Part shown: positions 1 through 10,233 of the stretch, piece by piece | Layout: the number at the start of each line of letters is the position of its first letter | How positions within the stretch are numbered: position 1 is the stretch's first letter | From: Paraspadella gotoi | Taxonomy: Eukaryota > Animalia > Chaetognatha | DNA: 15,850 nt | Direction: 5' to 3' | NCBI GenBank assembly: GCA_051294375.1 | Contig: JBJCIZ010000129.1 | Location: 1 to 15,850, forward strand | Position numbers and translations under genes: made by a program | Notes under the pieces: model-generated | What the model was told of the DNA's origin: nothing | Database searches by the model: none | The model's input: only the letters and a program-made list of their open reading frames with translations

Positions 1-2469
1 GTGGAAGTCGTCCGTTGTCCACGATTGCAAGAGGTAGATGGAATGACGAGGCATTGGACTTTTGTCGGAGCTCTCGATCGCCTCAGCAACATTCCTCGGG
101 CATGTTGCCGCCAGCTCGATTCGCGGGCTAATTCATGTCGACACGTGTTCATCGGTTGAAAGCTCCATAGCGTCGACAGGACGCGTCCGTTCCGCCGCAG
201 CTACGGGATGACGACGATGCAGAAGGAATCGGAACTTAACGCCCCACCGTCCCTTCAGCTGCAAACCATTCCCGACGACGGACTACGCTGCGTCCATTCC
301 CGACCATTATCGTCCTCCACCGATCTAGAAGATGACGATCGAATCAAACAAGTCGTCATTTTCCCGTTTGACGCCGTTCTCGGCGTTGACGGATGATCAG
401 CGCACAGAGGAGAAATGCCAACTTCACTCATTCAACCTATCGACTCCGCAGCGAATGCGACTGCCACGAGTTTCCGAGATCTGCCCGCCTGAACGCTACG
501 GCGAAGGGTTTGGAGGGTTCCAGAGGCTTGCGGATGCGCTTGCACAGGAACGACGAGGACAGAGTCTTTCAGTCAAACAGTTAATCATTTCGCAACTGAG
601 AATACAGAAGGTGGGCTCGATTATTGATGAAGCGTCTCGCGTCGGCGCGAAATGGGAGTGCGCAGGATTCTTGTTACAGATTCGACTCTTCATGGCAGCA
701 TCGGATATATTGAGAGAGTTGCGTGAATCGACGGAGATCGACGTGTGCTTACCGCCGCTGCCGCCGAAAACGCAAGTTAGGACGAGAATGGAAGAATTAG
801 AGAAGAGATGAAGAGATTTTCAGAGGCGCTAAGAACGAGTTTTTTGTGGCCCGAAAGCCCTAGTAGAGTGACTGCAACTTACGTCTTCAACGAACATCGT
901 AACGTGCGGCTCAATCACTCTCCCCGTTCATTGAGCCCCTGCCAACAGCTCGTCAATGTCTTAACCTATTCTCCGTTATGATTTGACCGATTCCCGCAGA
1001 ACGGCATTCGGTCTCAACCAATTCGCGTCATATAGCGTGCGACCGATTGTGAACATCATCCGCCGGACGGATACAAGGAAGCGAGGACTGCGGGCGTTGG
1101 AACGGAAACGATGTGCGTTTCCGGCCTGCCGCTGATCCGCCAAATCCGCAGTTCGTAACAATGGAGTTTTGCGCGACGCAATAAGGGAAACTTTTTAATG
1201 AAGGATTTGCGTCGTGAAGGCTTCTATTGAAAAGAGACGTCACGCGCGACTCTTGCAGCTTTTAAACGTCGTTCTGTCGCCTCAAGGCATCAAACGCGTC
1301 ATCCTCTGAAGTGCGGCGCCGGTCAGGAGGCCTTCGTCCGCTCCGCTGCTCGATGGCGACGGGCTTCTTGGAGATTCAAGCTCAAAACGCATCGCCCTAT
1401 CAAATGCTTTCGAGCAGCAACGCCCAAAAGATCGAAGGTTCGACGAAGCCCGAGACTTCGTCGCGTAAACTTTGATAGCGTCAACTTCGCGATTTTATAC
1501 GGTCAGCGGCTCTGCGCGTTGCGAGGGCGCTACGGATCCAATGAAAGTTTGGAAGGAGCTCCCCATTGGTTCGAACGGTCTCCCAAGCGATCGATTGAAC
1601 GATTCTTACGCAATCGACGCAACGCGGCTCTTTGGCGACGCCCTTACCGTTTCTCAATGAGAAAATGGGGGATTGAGCGGACGACGGCGGACGAAGATGA
1701 CTGAACAAGATCCTTAGGCGGCCCTAGGCCGCGATCTAAAGGAATTCAGCAACGTCATCGATGGTCTTCTATGATTCACTTTTTGCAGCAGGTGTACGAC
1801 CTCGCCGAAAGGAGACGGCGACGACTTGCAGACCTCGACCGGGCGCCGTTAATGGCGGATTGCTCTCCAAAACGGTGCCTCACCTTCCAGAGATAAGTGG
1901 AGGCGAAAAAAGTTGGTTATTTTTAGACAGAATCATAATTGGAACGGACGATCTCTCCTTTGTTGATTTCTTTGTCATTTTTAGCCATAAACCAAGAGGT
2001 TCTCGATTTCAGGGGACCGCCGCGCGAAAATGGGAAAGATTCGCGGCGACGAGCAAAGCGAAGACGGCGGCGATAGGTCTACGCGCGTCAGCGGACGAAT
2101 TTATCGAGGTAGAAGAAATCTTCGGTGGCCTCCCAGCCGTTCTGCAACAACGTGAGCGCCGACTTCAAGTCGACGTCGTCGTCAACGGGCCCGGGATCGA
2201 AAACTTTCTTGCCGTGGGTCCACTTTGCGGGAGACGACATTATTTGACAAGCTGTTTGGAAAAATTCCAGAGATCGGAAGCCCGAACGCATCGCCGCAAA
2301 TATTTGCGTCTCTCAGGGCCCGTGCTTCAAACTTGCTTGGGAAAGCGCGTCATCGTGTCGAAACCTGCCCGAAAAAGGAGCCGCTGCTTTTGCTGATAAA
2401 AATCATCATCGCTTCCCATTAGACGGATTGAGCCCCGTCAGATCGCGGGACTTTTCAAAAGTATCTTCA
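1..2469. repeat. Left arm of ~2.4-kb imperfect inverted repeat (mirror of 2690-5087)
   Basis: Bases 1-50 (gtggaagtcgtccgttgtccacgattgcaagaggtagatggaatgacgag) are the near reverse complement of 5041-5087. Colinear similarity continues to ...cttttcaaaagtatcttca (2469), which pairs with tgaaggatacttttgaaaa (2690). The same peptides (e.g. ASDILRELRESTEIDVC, LFLDRIIIGT, HKPRGSRFQ) appear in + ORFs on the left and - ORFs on the right. Confidence 0.95.
1420..2422 (+). pseudogene. Inverted second copy of Gag capsid core and zinc knuckles (frameshifted)
   Basis: + ORFs carry fragments ATDPMKVWKELP, PLCGRRHYLTSC, HRVETCPKKE and RCFC, matching the minus-strand copy in the right arm. Confidence 0.8.
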
Positions 2470-2689
2470 CGCAATTCGACAACGACGAGCAGCAAGGGAA
2501 ATTTAGTCTGACGCCGCCCGCCGGGCAGGTCAGGACCGGCCCGGTGAAAGGCTACGTGACTTTGCCTGTTTAGCCTTGCCGAAGCGGGGGGCGCGTTTCC
2601 CGCCCCAGCCCGGTCCGCGGAATTCTCCGAGGCGCCAGAAACCGGGTTTTTTAATTCTAACGTGCAAAAGACGGGATGGTACGCAGAGC

Positions 2690-5087
2690 TGAAGGATACT
2701 TTTGAAAATCCCGCGATCTGACGGGCTCAATCCGTCTAATGGAGAGCGGATGATGATTTTTATCGCAAAAGCAGCGCTCCTTTTTCGGGCAGTTTCGACA
2801 CCGATGACCGCTTCCCAAGCAGTTGAAGCAGCGGGCCTGAGAGACGCAATATTTGCGGCGATCGGCGGGCTTCGATCTCTGAATTTTTCACAGCCTGTAC
2901 AAATAAGTGTCGTCTCCCGCAAAGTGGACACGGCAAGAAAGTTTTCGACCCGGCGTTGACGACGACGTCGACTTTGAAGTCCGGCGCTCCCGTTGTTGCA
3001 GGAACGCTGCGGCGGCCACCGAAGATTTCTTTCTCCTCGATAAATGTCCGCTGACGCGGCGTAGACCTTCGCCGCCGTCTTCGCTTTGCTCGTCGCCGCT
3101 GGATCTTTCCCAGTTTTCGCCGCGTCTGAAATCGAGAACCTCTTGGTTTATGGTAAAAATGACAAGAAATCAACAAAGAGAAGATCGTCGTTCCAATTAT
3201 GATTCTGTCTAAAAATAAACCACTTTTTTCGCCCACTTATCTGAAAGGTGAGGCATCCGTTTTGGAGAGCAGATCCGCCATCACGGCCGCCCGGTCGAGG
3301 TCTGCAAGTCGGTCCGTCTCCTTCGCGAGGTCGTACACCTGCTGCAAAGTGATCAGAAGACCATGATGACTGCTGAATCCTTTCGATCGAGCTAGGGCCG
3401 CTAAGGATCTGTTCAATCATTCGGCTCCCGCCGTCGTCCGCTTCATCCCCCATTTTCTCTTGAGAACGTAAGGCGTCGCCAAGAGCCGCGGTTGCGTCCG
3501 ATGCGTAAGAAATCGTTCATCATCGCTTGGAAGACCGTCAAACCAATGGGGGAGCTCCTTCAACTTCATTGGACCGTTAGCGCCCTCCAACGCGCAGCAC
3601 GCTGACGTTAAAATCGCGAAGTTGACGCTCAAAGTTTAAACGCCGACGAAGTCTCGCGACCTTGATCTTTGGGCGTTCTGCATGAAGCATTTGATAGGCG
3701 AGCGTTTGAGCTTGAACTCCAGAAGCCCGTCGCCATCGCAGCGGAGCGGACGAAGGCTGCCTGCGGACGGCGCCGCATCAGAGGATGACGCCGTTTGAAT
3801 GCCTTGAGAGCGCCAGAGACGTTTAAAGCGCAAGAGTCGGCGTATGACGGTCTTCTTTCAATAGAAGCCTCACGACGCAAAATCCTTCATTAAAAAGTTC
3901 CCTTATTGCGTCGCGCAAAAACTCCATTGTTACGAACTGCGGATTTGGCGGATCAGCGGCAGGCGGAACGCCATCGGTTTCCGTTCCAACGCCCGCCGCC
4001 CCTCGCTTCCATGATTCGGTTCCGGCGAATGATGTTCACTAATCGTCGACGCGGATTGACGCGCCGACTTGGTGAGACGCGATGCGATCATGGCAGGGAA
4101 CGTTCAAATCATACCGGCGAAGTGAGTTTGAAGACGGTTGACGAAGCTGTTGGAGAGAGGGCTCATGACGGGGGAGAGTGATTGAGCCACGACGCCACTC
4201 GGCCGTACGCGATGTCGTGAAGGCGTTTAAGACGTTGAAACAGTCTCTCTGCGACTTCGTCCCAAAAACTCGTTCTACCGGCGCTCTGAAAATCTTCATT
4301 TCTTCTCTCAATTCTTTCCATTCTCGTCCTACTTGCGTTTTCGGGGCAGCGGCGGTACACACGTCGATCTCCGTCGATTCACGCAACTCTCTCAATATAT
4401 CCGATGCTCCATGAAGAGTCGAATCTGTAACAAGAATCCTGCGCACTCCCATCGACGCCACGCGAGACGCTTCATCAATAATCGAGCCACCTTCTGTTTT
4501 CTCGTTGGCGACAAGATTAATGTTTGACTGAAGACTCTGTTCTCTCGTCGTTCCTGTGCAAGCGACAGTCGCAGCCTCTGGACCCTCCAAACCCTTCGCC
4601 GTAGCGTCAGGGGGCAGATCTCGAAACTGTGCAGTCGCATTCGCTGCGGAGTCTGATAGTTGAATGAGTGAAGTTGGCATTTCTCTCTGTGCGCTGATCA
4701 TCCGTCAACGCCGAACGCGCGTCAAACGGGAAAATGACGGACTTGTTTTGATTCGACGTCATCTTTCTAGAGTCGCGTGGAGGGACGATAATGGTCGGGA
4801 TTGGACGCAGCTAAGTCGTCGTCGGGATGGTTTGCAGCTGAAGGGACGGTTGGGCGTTAAGTTTCCGATTCCTTCTGCATCGTCGTCATCCGTGCTGCGG
4901 CGGATACGGAGCGTCTGTCGACGCTATGCTTTCAACCGATGAACACGTGTCGACATTAGAATTAGCCGCGAATCGAGCTGGCGGCAATGCCCGAGGATGT
5001 TGCTGAGGCGATCGAGGAGCTCCGACAAAAGTTCCAATGCCTCGTCATTCCATCTACCTCTTGCAATCGTGGAACGGACGACTTCAC
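2690..5087. repeat. Right arm of the ~2.4-kb imperfect inverted repeat
   Basis: Reverse complement of 1-2469 with many 1-nt indels. The same GC-rich sequence continues past 5087 with no partner inside the window. Confidence 0.95.
2736..2930 (-). pseudogene. BEL/Pao Gag triple zinc-knuckle coding segment (frameshifted)
   Basis: Cx2Cx3Hx4C, then CFNCLx2GHx4C, then CxCx3HHPLLH, reconstructed across frames from ORF fragments PCPLCGRRH (2760..3236 -) and CEKFRDRSP (2530..2931 -) plus the left-arm copy. Confidence 0.85.
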
Positions 5088-6862
5088 AAATTGCCTTTAG
5101 AGTGAATCTATCCGCGTTGGCTTCCGCGATGTTTTCTTCCGTCGGGGCGGCTTTGGCGCGATCGTAACGAAATCGCTTGTGCCTCGACCACCGTGTCGAC
5201 GTTGAGGTTACGTAGGAAGATGTTTGCATTCCTGAAGGGCTTGGCTCGTCGGGAGTTGAGCCATGATTCCGCCGTTGAAGAAGGTTGTCGATATCTCGGC
5301 ATGGCTAAGTTTGGGAGAGGTATCAGCGTCGTCTTTGAAGTTGTCGATATCTTCTCATTCGCGCGCACTAGAGCGAGCTGAATCTCGTCTTACAAACGAA
5401 CGGCGAGGTCCACAAAAGACGCCGAAAAGGGGAGTTCCCTGGAGGGCTTCGGCACTCGAAGCTTCTCGACGCAATTTGATTGCTGGCGCGCTTATTTCTC
5501 CCGCGATCCCTATTCGTCGCCGCTGATGGCACTAAAGCGCGGCTTGAAGTCGCAGGAAAGCTTCACGAAGTCGGTTGCAGCAAGACGAGAAAGTTTGAAG
5601 AAATAAAACGAATCGAAATCCGAACTTCAATCTCACTGCAAATATCGAAAGGAGCGGCGACGCAAAATCCCGTCAACGTCTCCAAAATACGCTTCGACGG
5701 CGTCGTCGCTAGTTCGAGGATCCCTAATCGCAATGAAAGCAGTCCGAAGGCGCCGCCGGATCCTACGTCCGTCGAAGGCGTTGCAAGGACCTCCGATGAT
5801 GGAAAACGTCATTCATTAGGCACCTAGAGGCCGACGCTGGTGGATCTTCTTCCAACGATCTCCGCAGATTCCGTTGAGGATTAGAGAGCCTTCGACGAAG
5901 CACTTGAGCAGGTTGTTCCGCAAACGAAGACTTTAATGTATTGAACTAAGTTCGGAGAAGTTGGCGTCTTTGAATTCTACTGACTGGACTAATTCTGCGC
6001 ATTGAAGACCAGATGGAATCGGGTATAAAATGGGCAGAAGAGACGATGGCGCCGGTCAAGACGCCCTGGAGATGATGCGACAAAGTCTCGGTAGATGACG
6101 GTCGGCTAAGGCCGAAAGGACACGATCTACGAAGCCCAGGACTTGACGAATGTAGATGTAAATCTGTAAGTAGTTGTAGTTGCTTGATTGTATGTTAGAA
6201 GTCCTGGGCAAAGAATAACAAAACATTATCACAAACTCAGCAAATATATATAAAATTTAAATGTGTCCACTTGTTTCTGAAGCCAATAATATACAAAAGA
6301 GATGCTTCTCTTCATAAAAAGTCCACCAAACAGCGATCACACAAAAAATAAGATTCCGGAGATATCTGATAAAGTTTCTAATGCTCTGAAAAGAACTAAA
6401 AACCCATGACAACTTGAATCTGAAGATGCCACGTGGCCAGAATTCGATTAAAATCTTAATCGAAATCTATCGAAATCACGCGGCACCATCAGAATCAGGC
6501 TGTACACTGCCTTCGGAATTCGTACTTAAGTAGAAACAAAAGAAAGAGCCTAAAGATGTCGTGTCGATCGCTAGAACGGTGGCATTTTCAGATGTCAAGT
6601 AATAAAGAGCAAAGAGCAACGGGGAAAAGGTAAGGAAAAGCTCTGGATTTCCTCGAATATTAGAGATAGTTATTTCGTAACATTATCGATGATCATTCTG
6701 ACTTTCTTCCTCGATGATTTGACTTTCTTCCTCGTCATTTCATATTTTCGTTATTCTTCTCAAAAAACTATTTTGTGACTTTGGATATAATTAAAATTAA
6801 AAGTTTAAATTTGTCCGATTGCCCTTCTTTCGCGGCTGAGAGGGAAAGGGAACGAAACGAAC

Positions 6863-7028
6863 CAGGGTTGTGGAGCCGACCTAATTTTGTCTCGGCTCCA
6901 GCTCCTGCTCCAGGCCAAATTTTTTTCCGGCTCCAGCTCCGGCTCCAAGCAAAATTTTTTTTCGGCTCCGACTCCAGCTCCGGCTCCAGCAAAAATTTCA
7001 ACTCGGCTCCGGCTCCAACTCCGGCTCC
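6863..7028 (+). mobile_element. Probable terminus of a non-autonomous DNA transposon (CAGGG start, hAT-like) with GGCTCC/AGCTCC hexamer arrays
   Basis: Starts cagggttg. It has a 9-bp stem (tggagccga 6871-6879 / tcggctcca 6892-6900), then several ggctcc/agctcc clusters separated by aaattttt spacers. The hAT assignment is inferred from the CAGGG end only; no matching other end was found. Confidence 0.5.
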
Positions 7029-7943
7029 TTTAAATTATATAATTTATAATTATATTATGATTATATTTAATATTTATTTGATATTATAATATAGAGTGTG
7101 TCCCAATGGTACTGTCTGTTAAGAAAAGCTCACTGCTCCTATACCAGATCGAAAAACTTTAATTCATTATAATGAATATGCGCACAAGTATGGACCATTT
7201 TATAGGATACTTTTTAAGTTTTAAAAATTGAACCAAGCAAACTCCTGTAGTTATTACATAAAGTAATTTGTAAAAAAAATTTTTCAGTGATATTTTAGAA
7301 AAAATTTTTAAATTATATATATTTTAATATATATCAAATATTTTTTATAATATTATTTAAATAATGTTATAAATATTTTTTTTAGATGCAGGACAGTAAA
7401 AAATTACCTCATATTTTTAGCTCCTGAGCTTTTATAATGCAGTAATTATTATTATATTAATTATCTACTTGCCTTATTCATATTACTTTTTTAATTGATT
7501 TAATAATAATTTATTGAACAAATAGCAACCATTTTGTTCTGGCTTAATGATTCAATCGCTCACAACTTAAAATAATGAAATTTAAATATAAAATTAATAA
7601 GCATATTTTTATTAATTTTTATATTTTTTTTAATATTTATTTATTTTTATTAATGCACTTTTTTATACAAATTAAAATTGAAACAATTTATATATATTTA
7701 AAATATTTTTTATATAATTTTTTTAATATAATTTATTTTAAAATCAAAAAAATTATCTAAAAATTAAAAAAGTGAGAAATGAGGACTCATTTAAATTGAA
7801 TGTTCGGCAAAGAAAAATTGATAAAAATTGAAAACAACATATAGTATCATAAATGGTAAAAACTTTTCTTTGACATTGTTTTCTCAGAAATAGGATTTAA
7901 TAAAACAGTTCCACACAATATGTAAAAGTTAACCGACAGTAGA

Positions 7944-8452
7944 TTAGGGTTAAATTGGTTTGGTTTGGAGTTATGGTTGAGTTGGTAGTAATTAGGGTTA
8001 GGGTTGAGTAGTCTAGGGTTAGGGTTAAGGTTGAGTAGTTTAGGGTTATGGTTAGGGTTAATGTCAATTTAAGGTAAGATAAACAGGAAGCCGGCATTAG
8101 GGTTAGGGAAGGTACTGGCAATGGACATTACGGATTAAAGTTGAGGTACAGAATCTACAGATATATAAGGAAGACCCGGTCCCGGGTTAAGGTTAGAGTT
8201 AGGAGAGAGGCATGGAATTGAATGGGAGGCCCGGGTTAGGGTTGGGGGAAAAGCCCGTGGTTGATGCATCGATGGCAGTTAGGGTTGGGTTGAGGCACGG
8301 AGATGTACTGGAGGCCAGGGCCTGGGTTAGGGTTAAGGGAAAGGAATGGAGTTGAACCGGAGGGTTAGGGTTAGGAAAGCCCAAAGTTGGCGCATCGAAG
8401 ATGGTTAGGGTTAAGGTTAGGGTTAAGGTTGGGGGAAGGGCATGGAGATGTA
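7944..8452 (+). repeat. Interstitial degenerate TTAGGG telomere-like tract
   Basis: Many ttaggg/ttaagg/ttgagg/ttgggg hexamers, e.g. ttagggttagggttgag at ~7992 and ggttagggttaaggttagggttaaggtt at ~8403, mixed with non-telomeric spacers. G-rich strand is +. Confidence 0.85.
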
Positions 8453-9536
8453 TGGTAAATTTAGTTGCTTGCAATGTTTAAAAACTGAAACGTTTGTGAA
8501 TTTAAATGCTGATGAAGACTCATAGAGTCAAAACACGTCCGATTTAAATAAAAATAAAATCATTGTTGTCAAATAACAAATTTTTGTTTTATCTCCTAAA
8601 AAGAACTTTTACATAAAAAGGTATCAATATTAATATCTTCTGAAAGCTCTTGAAAATTTGAAGAAAATGATATATTTAAAAATATTGTAACATGAAAATA
8701 AGCCTAACTAGCTCTAGTTTAATCAAGATAATCCAAATTGAAATAATAAAATCTTAAAATATATTTTTTCAAATATCTAACCTATTTTTACTATAATGAT
8801 CTTACCAATTATAGTTTATATAGGTATCATAAAAAAGCTTAAAAAAAAACTAAAATAAAATAGCTAACAATAATTTAATAATTATTTAAAAACTGCTTTT
8901 TAAGAATTTTTAATTTAATAATTATCTTAGTTTTGATTATATTTTTTATTTAAAGCTGGATAGGCTAATTGTAACATTACAGTATTTTTAATTATGCCAA
9001 TCTCTTCATATTTTTAAGAGTTTTCAGAAGATATTAATATTGATACAGTGGAGGATGGAATTTTTAGAAGTAAATAATTCGACGCCAAGGTGAAAATGAA
9101 GGAGAATTTATTTAGTGAAACATCGAAGGGGAAAATGCATGCGAGAATAAAATAACAATCACTTTTATATGAACTACTTTGTTTACCAAAGTAGGAATGT
9201 GAAAGGGAATGGAATTTTAGGCCGAGAAATATTATTGACATCTTTGCAATTTACAGAATTCTTTTCTCACGAACTTCACTATACCTTTTTATATAAAGTT
9301 TTGTAAAAAATGGTTAAAAAGTTAGACAAACAGATTGAAGAAAAAAAAGTTTTAAAATGAAACACAATTTTTAAGGCAACTTTTCTCCGCTCAGTTCCAA
9401 GTCAAATCAAAACCAATCAATATAAAATTTGGATATATAAATGATTTAGGTTTTTATTACAGAAAAATCTTTCAGATTAAAAAAATTTTTACAAGTTTGC
9501 AAATAACGATTTTTTTTAGCGATCGTGTGTCATCTT

Positions 9537-9604
9537 GTAGGGTTAAAATACTAGGGTTAAGGTTTTAGCGTTTTTGGCATTGAGATAAAAGGTTAGGGTT
9601 AAGG
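9537..9604 (+). repeat. Short second TTAGGG-like tract
   Basis: gtagggttaa..ctagggttaaggtttt..aaggttagggttaagg, same orientation as the 7.9-8.4 kb tract. Confidence 0.6.
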
Positions 9605-9839
9605 CCTAAAAAAATGGCTTGTTGTCAATGATGAAAGATTGTAAGTAAGATAAATTAATTATAGTTAGAGGTTTTTCATTGGGGTTCCATTTCAAGGGTG
9701 AATGGGAAGGCTTATTATATCCCCATTATTCTTGGACAGTCCCTTTTCAAACCCTGAACTTAGCCAATGCTTTTTGTCTATCACTTAGTCCGACCTTGAT
9801 ATAAAAATATTGACAGGATACCCGAGTTTGGTTATTCTT

Positions 9840-9879
9840 TAATATAATATAATATATATAATATAATATATATATATAT
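9840..9879. repeat. AT microsatellite (AATAT/TA)
   Basis: taatataatataatatatataatataatatatatatatat. Confidence 0.8.
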
Positions 9880-10233
9880 TTTCATACAATTGAAACATTC
9901 TTTGAAATATTATACCACTTCATTGATAGGGAAGCCAGGTACTCTGGGAGTGAATAAACGAGACTGTGAGAGAGTCTTGATTGAAAGCTTGCTATGTCAT
10001 TATCTTGTAAGAGTGATGGAGGCCTTAAACCACCAAAGCCTGTCCAAAGTCAGGGGCAAGATAGCTTATTTATTAAATGAATGGATAATTTTTATATTGG
10101 TTGTACCAATTTCATATATATATATAAATAATATACCATGAAATAAAAAACTAATATGATAACTTTTATAGTATATTTTTGGATTCATTAATTAAAAAGT
10201 TAAAAATAAAAAGTATTATATTAAAGTAATTTA

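Larger units (their letters stand above)
2690..6165 (-). mobile_element. gag: BEL/Pao-type LTR retrotransposon, gag region (frameshifted as assembled; pol not present in window)
   Basis: A hand-made consensus of the two arms gives an approximate capsid-like segment at ~3680-3130 (-): ERPKIKFDG..NFERQLRDF..DPMKLKELPHWFDGLP..FGDALRSLKRKWG..MIEQILSGP..FYDHLQQVY..LLSKRMPHLQDKWAKKW..LLFVDFLSFL. This resembles DUF1759 BEL/Pao Gag. It is followed by CPLCGRRHYLTSCEKF..RCFNCLGSGHRVENCPKKERCFCDKNHHPLLH (2930-2739), the triple Cys/His knuckle typical of BEL/Pao Gag. The upstream boundary is approximate and based on composition. Confidence 0.8.

Noticed and set aside
1895-2012. Possible intron in the gag region (AT-richer patch with ttttag sites)
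   Set aside because: The arm consensus translates through it as a conserved-looking Gag capsid helix (KWAKKW..LLFVDFLSFL).
2477-2502. Degraded PacBio SMRTbell adapter in the palindrome spacer
   Set aside because: Only loose resemblance, and the segment translates as a plausible continuation of the polyprotein.
1-5087. Hairpin terminus of a linear virus or plasmid
   Set aside because: Content is LTR-retrotransposon gag joined to host-like DNA; no viral replication or protelomerase genes are seen, and arm differences look like read errors.
208-5827. The many short ORFs in the GC-rich block as separate genes
   Set aside because: They are frameshift fragments or antisense shadows of one gag-like reading frame present twice.
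7089-7106. TA-tagagtgtgtccc resembling a Tc1/mariner TIR start
   Set aside because: No inverted partner or transposase remnant found in the window; too short to support.
6768-8474. ORFs with APAPAP, LTLTL or PNPNP content and AT-rich F/I/Y/K ORFs
   Set aside because: Translations of GGCTCC, TTAGGG and AT-rich low-complexity DNA.
9748-9756. caaaccctg as right TIR partner of the CAGGG end at 6863
   Set aside because: Only a 7-bp match, no GGAGCC arrays nearby and no matching 8-bp target-site duplication.
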